Source: Abditibacteriaceae bacterium
GTDB lineage: Bacteria > Armatimonadota > Abditibacteriia > Abditibacteriales > Abditibacteriaceae
Assembly (NCBI GenBank): GCA_031372065.1
Contig: JANMKN010000001.1
Span: 1-23,026 of the forward strand
DNA: 23,026 bases
Direction: 5' to 3'
Each line of letters begins with the position of its first letter. The first letter of the stretch is position 1. The translations under genes were made by a program, and so were the position numbers. This document shows, piece after piece, positions 18,222 to 23,026 of this stretch. The notes under the pieces are model-generated. The model made no database searches and was not told the DNA's origin. It was given only the letters and a program-made list of their open reading frames with translations.

Positions 18222-20204
18222 TTAGCGAAGGCGATAAACGCGACAGCCTTTGACTTCGAACAAAAGCTCGGCTAACTTTTTGTCAATCGCTTCTTGCATT
18301 TGTGGTGGCGGGCCACCAAAAGCGGGTTGTCCAAAATTCCAGAAAATGTGCGTGGCGCCTTGCGCCTTTAAAGCCTTCACCAAGTCGGCGCCGGTTTTAA
18401 TTTTCGCATAATCAATCAGGTTGTTATGCGGGTCATCGGCCCAAAAATAATCGCGCTCCAAATACAACGTGCGCGGCTCACCGTAAACCGCAAAGCGCGC
18501 GTCCTCTGGCGTTTCACTCGAAGCGCGGCGCATGGCATCGTAAGGCCGAAAAGAACGCGATAAATATTCTTGTGGCGTCACAAAACCCAGCGTTACATCC
18601 AAAGCGTTCAGGCCATCGCGCAACGTGAGAAGTGGCGTCAGCAAAAGCCAAAGCGTCAGACAAATTCCCGTGACATATTTCAAAAAAGCGCTGCGCGAAA
18701 GGCATTTCTCAATCATCCAGCCGCATGGCAGGCACAAAAGCGCGAAAGCGGGCACCAAATAGCGCAAATATTGGCCGGTAGCGAACCAAAACAGGCCATA
18801 AAACGCGAAACTGACCAGCAAAAAGTTGAGAATCCACGGTTTACGTCGCACAAAAAGAAGCGGCACGCCAAACGCCAAAAGCACCGGGCCAAGCATGGTG
18901 CGCAGCGGCAATTGCGCCACCATGCCGGGCGAATCGAACAAGCCGTTTTGCGGCTCTGCCGCTTGAAAATTCACAATGGGCCAAAACGGGATGCCCGCGA
19001 TGCGCTGCACCACTTTGCCGTTTTCGCCGGAGTTGCTGGAATTGATATTTTGCGCGCTGACATTAAACGGCGCAAACGAAACGCGCAGCGGCAACAGTAG
19101 CAAATCTTGCGGCGCGCGCCCGAAACCATAGGCGCGTTGATCATCTTCATAGCGCGCCGCCATTTCCGCATTCCAGTTTTTGCCGCCGAAAACTCCGTAA
19201 GCAAACGGATAAACCGGATTGCCGGTTTGAACGAAATTGCGCACATACCAACCGCCACCCAACAAAAGCGCCAGCGCGGCAAAAGTCGCCAACGGCTTGA
19301 TTTGCACCGCGCGACCTTTCATCATGCTGCCCAAAACCCACACGCCGAGCCATGCAAACGTTAAAACGCCGAGATATTTGGTGCCCAGACAAAAGCCGCA
19401 AAAGGCGCCGCACCACAACAGCCACGATTTTTCGCCACTCGTTTTCCAATTCAGAAAACACATATAGGCCAGCAGCGTGAAGGCGGTTAATCCGAGGTCA
19501 ATGTAAGCGGTTGAGGCTTCGGCTTGCACAAGGGGAATCGAAGCGAAAAGCGCGGCGGCAAAAAGCCCGACGCGCAACGAAAAATGCCGTTTGCCGATGG
19601 CGACTAAAGCGCCGCACGAGAGCGGCAGCATCAGCCAGTGAAACAGCTTGGCTAAAACCGGCCCTTTGACGGCCATGCCCCACAAAAACAGCATTTCCAT
19701 CGTGAACGGAAAATAAGTGTGGTGATCGTAAGGCAACTCGACGATTTTGCCGTGTCGCAAATACTGCGCGGGTGCCGCCAAATGATACATCAACGAATCC
19801 CAATCCGTCGCATTCGGCGGCGCTAAAGTGAGAAGAAATGTCAGTAGGAAAACGACGGAGAGATAAATGAAAAGCCAACGGTCAAGACCGCGCAAGGCAC
19901 GCAAGCCAGCAAAAAGTTTTAGAAAATTCTTCGCTACAGTTCTTAAACTTGGCCCCGTATCTGATCGATAAAGGAGGAAAAGCCAAATCAGCAAAGGCCA
20001 ACAGGTATAGTCAAGCCCAATGTGAGCGATTCCAAACGACCAAAACATTAAGGCCAGCATACCTATGCCATGAGCCACACCAGCTAAAAGCGTATCAAGG
20101 CAAAAAGGAATAGGGTATTTACCTGTTTGATTCCATCCCAAAGCATAGACAACAAGGCACAAAAGCCAAAGACCAAAAATCGCCACGTCCGCAAGATAGG
20201 GCAT
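18222..20204 (-). CDS. GT-C fold membrane glycosyltransferase (ArnT/PMT_2-like)
   Basis: Many TM helices; PP..DWDSLMYHL, AYIDLG, GTKYLG, WYVRNF..TGNPVYP and RYLVPA motifs. Confidence 0.82.
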   Translation of the reverse strand: MPYLADVAIFGLWLLCLVVYALGWNQTGKYPIPFCLDTLLAGVAHGIGMLALMFWSFGIAHIGLDYTCWPLLIWLFLLYRSDTGPSLRTVAKNFLKLFAGLRALRGLDRWLFIYLSVVFLLTFLLTLAPPNATDWDSLMYHLAAPAQYLRHGKIVELPYDHHTYFPFTMEMLFLWGMAVKGPVLAKLFHWLMLPLSCGALVAIGKRHFSLRVGLFAAALFASIPLVQAEASTAYIDLGLTAFTLLAYMCFLNWKTSGEKSWLLWCGAFCGFCLGTKYLGVLTFAWLGVWVLGSMMKGRAVQIKPLATFAALALLLGGGWYVRNFVQTGNPVYPFAYGVFGGKNWNAEMAARYEDDQRAYGFGRAPQDLLLLPLRVSFAPFNVSAQNINSSNSGENGKVVQRIAGIPFWPIVNFQAAEPQNGLFDSPGMVAQLPLRTMLGPVLLAFGVPLLFVRRKPWILNFLLVSFAFYGLFWFATGQYLRYLVPAFALLCLPCGWMIEKCLSRSAFLKYVTGICLTLWLLLTPLLTLRDGLNALDVTLGFVTPQEYLSRSFRPYDAMRRASSETPEDARFAVYGEPRTLYLERDYFWADDPHNNLIDYAKIKTGADLVKALKAQGATHIFWNFGQPAFGGPPPQMQEAIDKKLAELLFEVKGCRVYRLR

Positions 20205-20315
20205 AATTTTAAAGCGCGAAGAATTGGCGCGACAGCACGAGGACGGTGCCGAAACAACTCAGCACAAACAAAGCGAGCAGCAAATCTTTGGTGGCGGGTT
20301 TCATGGTTGCAAATT

Positions 20316-20363
20316 GTAGGGACACGCTACGGCGTGTCCGGGCACGCCATAGCGTGCCCCTAC
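20316..20363. repeat. GTAG-type REP doublet (two inverted 24-nt palindromic units)
   Basis: GTAGGGACACGCTACGGCGTGTCC directly followed by GGGCACGCCATAGCGTGCCCCTAC, 3 nt beyond the kdsC stop. Confidence 0.8.
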
Positions 20364-20366
20364 GTT

Positions 20367-20969
20367 TCATCGTTGATAATTTTCCGGCGCGGCGTCGTTA
20401 AACGAATCGAAATCGTCGTGCGTGAATTGGGCGAGAATTTTCTCCCATTGGCCTTGGGCGCGCAAAATCAATTCGATGACTTCGCGCACGGCGCCGCGTC
20501 CGCCGTAGGCATTTGTCACATAATCGCAGCGTTCGATAACATCGGCAACAGCATCGCGCACCGCGACATCCACGCCGCAGGCGGCAAAAGCGGGTAAATC
20601 GGGCAAATCGTCGCCGATAAAACAGCATTCGCCGGGCATGATGTTTAATTGCGCCTGCAAATCGCGCAATGCGGCGAATTTATCGGCGCATTTGAGCAGG
20701 CAAAAATCAAGGCCCAGTTCGTCAAAACGCCGCCGCGCCGGTTCCGAATCGCGGCCCGAAATCCACGCGATTTTCAAACCCGCGCGCTTGGCTGCCACCA
20801 GCGCAAAACCGTCGCGCACATGAAACGTTTGCGACAAACGGCCTTCGCCGTCGAAAGTTAATCCGCCGTCGGTCAACACGCCATCCACATCAATTGCCAG
20901 CAGTTTTATCGCGGCCCAGCGCGCAACAGGAACCGTCGTGGCGGTGCGCGACATCAGTTCGTCAGACAT
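20367..20969 (-). CDS. kdsC: 3-deoxy-D-manno-octulosonate 8-phosphate phosphatase (KdsC/YrbI HAD family)
   Basis: IKLLAIDVDGVLTDG, FHVRDG, ISGR, FIGDDLPD, GGRGAVREVIELIL. Confidence 0.92.
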   Translation of the reverse strand: MSDELMSRTATTVPVARWAAIKLLAIDVDGVLTDGGLTFDGEGRLSQTFHVRDGFALVAAKRAGLKIAWISGRDSEPARRRFDELGLDFCLLKCADKFAALRDLQAQLNIMPGECCFIGDDLPDLPAFAACGVDVAVRDAVADVIERCDYVTNAYGGRGAVREVIELILRAQGQWEKILAQFTHDDFDSFNDAAPENYQR

Positions 20970-21058
20970 AAAAATCCTTAATTTTTCCGGCTCCTTTTAT
21001 TTTAACAAGCAAGCGCAGAAGTGTATGAATTCTGGTGTAATTCTCTTTGAGAAAACAC

Positions 21059-21640
21059 ATGAGCTTGAATTTCGTTTATTTTGACTTGGAAACCGAGCGC
21101 CTCGCCGATGAAGTCGGCGGTTGGAGCAATATCGAGCAAATGGGCATCGCTGTCGCGGTGACAATGCACAGCCGCGACGATTCGTTTCATGTTTATCGCG
21201 CCGACCAAAGCGAAGAATTGTTAGCCGATTTGCGCGCCGCCGATTGCGTGGTCGGCTTCAATTCGCGCGGCTTCGATTTTCGCGTTTTGCAGCCGTATGT
21301 GGCGTTTAACTTGAAAGATTTAAACGACGTGGATTTGCTGCTCGACATCAAGAAAGCCGCCGGTTTTCGCGTCGGTTTGAATAACGCTTGCGCCGCCACG
21401 TTGGGCGAAAGTAAAAGCGGCGATGGAGCCGTCTCTGTTCAATGGTGGCGCGACGGAAAACACGACGAAGTCATCGAATATTGCAAGCAGGATGTGCTTT
21501 TAACGCGTCGCTTGCACGAATATGGCGCCAAACATCAGCACGTTTTCTGCAAAGATAAACAAGGCCGCAAGCGCACTATCAGCGTGCCGTGGTCGCTCGA
21601 CGGCAAGCCGATTGCGCCAATTCAAGGCTCTTTATTTTAA
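21059..21640 (+). CDS. Stand-alone RNase H-like DEDDy 3'-5' exonuclease (RNase_H_2/YprB-like)
   Basis: ExoI YFDLET, ExoII VGFNSRGFD, ExoIII EYCKQDV; probable start ATG 21059. Confidence 0.85.
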   Translation: MSLNFVYFDLETERLADEVGGWSNIEQMGIAVAVTMHSRDDSFHVYRADQSEELLADLRAADCVVGFNSRGFDFRVLQPYVAFNLKDLNDVDLLLDIKKAAGFRVGLNNACAATLGESKSGDGAVSVQWWRDGKHDEVIEYCKQDVLLTRRLHEYGAKHQHVFCKDKQGRKRTISVPWSLDGKPIAPIQGSLF

Positions 21641-21700
21641 AATTCGAGCGATACGAAAAAGAATAATCGACTCTTTGACCACATGACACATGACCGAAAA

Positions 21701-23026
21701 TTAAAACTTCAAATCGCCGTTTAGCTTCGCGGTTTTGCCGGGTTTCGTTTGGAAATTCAACACTTTGTCTCCGTTGCGCACTTTGCCGTTTGTGCCGCCG
21801 GTGCTGGTAATCGCGGCGCTTTTTAGTTGACCGTTTTGCCATTCGATGTCAACGGTAAAGCCGCCGCGTGCGCGCAGGCCTTTGACGCTGCCACTGGGCC
21901 ACGCTTTGGGCAACGCGGGCAGCAAATTGATTTCGCCTTCGTGCGATTGCAGCAGCATTTCGGCAACCGCAGCGGTGATGCCAAAGTTGCCGTCAATTTG
22001 CATCGGCGGATGCAAGCCAAACAAGTTCGGGCAGGTGTTCCGCGCCGAAAGCAAATTCTGAAACATATTGTGCGCGTTTTCGGCATCATGCAGGCGCGCA
22101 TACAAGGCGCAACGCCACGCGAACGACCATTCGCGCACATCGCTGCCGCCTTCGATGCCGCGCGCGTCAAGCGAAATTTTGGCGGCTTTTGCCAGTTCCG
22201 GCGTTTTGGCGACGCTAATTTGGCGGCCCGGAAAAATCGCAAACAAATGCGAAGTGTGACGGTGATGATCGTTCGGGTCATCTTTATCCGTCATCCATTC
22301 TTGCAACTGCCCCCACTTGCCGATTTGCGGCCCCACGAGTTTGTCGCGCATTTGCGTTAATTTGGTGCGATATTCAGCATCAATGCCGAGCGCTTCGCTG
22401 GCTTCGATGGTGTTATTGAACAAATCCCAGACGATTTGCTGGTTATAACTCACGCCGTCTTCGTCCGGCCCGTGTTCGGGCGACCAGCCGTTGGGAACGA
22501 CAAGGTGGCCATCATCTAACGTTTTTAAGTGATCTTCCCAAAATTCGCAGGTTTCCTTCATGATCGGATAGGCCACGTTTTGCAGATACTTTTTATCGCC
22601 GCCAAAAGCGTAATGCTCCCACAAATGCTGGCAATACCACGCGTTAGCGGTTTTGTCCCATTTCCAGCCCAAACCGCCGGTGATATTGTGCGATGTGCGA
22701 ATGGCAAAGCCGCGCAAGGTGCCACCCGGCAACGCGAACTCTTTAGACGCTGCTGTGGCTTTGCGCCACGGCTCCAATTGGCTGCGAATTAAATCGAAAA
22801 AGGGCGTGTGAAATTCGGCCAAATTGGTTGGCTCGGCGGGCCAATAGTTCATTTGCACGTTGATATTCGAGTGGTAATCCGAATTCCACGGCGGCTTATT
22901 GCTATCGGCCCACAGGCCTTGCAAGTTGGCGGGCAGAGCGCCGGGCCGCGAGCAGGAAACCATCAAATAGCGGCCATATTGAAACATCGTTTCTTCGAGG
23001 TCGGGGTCGCCGCCTTTGTCCGCTGG
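21701..23026 (-). CDS. Glycoside hydrolase family 95 (alpha-L-fucosidase-like), C-terminal part; N-terminus outside the window
   Basis: Frame open to the window end ([15 protein letters not shown]); [44 protein letters not shown] motifs. Confidence 0.95.
   Translation of the reverse strand, partial: PADKGGDPDLEETMFQYGRYLMVSCSRPGALPANLQGLWADSNKPPWNSDYHSNINVQMNYWPAEPTNLAEFHTPFFDLIRSQLEPWRKATAASKEFALPGGTLRGFAIRTSHNITGGLGWKWDKTANAWYCQHLWEHYAFGGDKKYLQNVAYPIMKETCEFWEDHLKTLDDGHLVVPNGWSPEHGPDEDGVSYNQQIVWDLFNNTIEASEALGIDAEYRTKLTQMRDKLVGPQIGKWGQLQEWMTDKDDPNDHHRHTSHLFAIFPGRQISVAKTPELAKAAKISLDARGIEGGSDVREWSFAWRCALYARLHDAENAHNMFQNLLSARNTCPNLFGLHPPMQIDGNFGITAAVAEMLLQSHEGEINLLPALPKAWPSGSVKGLRARGGFTVDIEWQNGQLKSAAITSTGGTNGKVRNGDKVLNFQTKPGKTAKLNGDLKF

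Overview
Bacterial chromosomal window, roughly 50-55% GC by eye. The gene mix (LPS enzyme KdsC, secretins, CIRCE-controlled groESL, secreted glycoside hydrolases) indicates a diderm; my tentative impression is Armatimonadota/Abditibacteriota-like (inference only). Contents in order: a partial PAP2 phosphatase; a NYN-zinc ribbon-cold-shock-domain protein with an acidic tail; a three-gene minus-strand operon in which two membrane proteins share a degenerate MshEN-like N-terminal module; groES-groEL with a near-consensus sigma70 promoter and a perfect CIRCE; a ~14 kb minus-strand run (kdsC, GT-C glycosyltransferase, GH16, two translationally coupled secretins, a TPR/SseB-like fusion, WD40 protein, PhyH dioxygenase, lipoprotein, Tat metallophosphoesterase, orphan HicB, membrane protein); a DEDDy exonuclease ending in a beta-clamp-like motif; and a partial GH95. 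The most interesting items are the stand-alone twin-secretin locus with a 21-bp quasi-palindromic array upstream, the NYN-Zn-CSD protein, the duplicated MshEN-like module, the clamp-motif exonuclease and a GTAG-type REP doublet. I saw no rRNA, tRNA, CRISPR array or transposase. All family calls come from motif recognition, not database searches.
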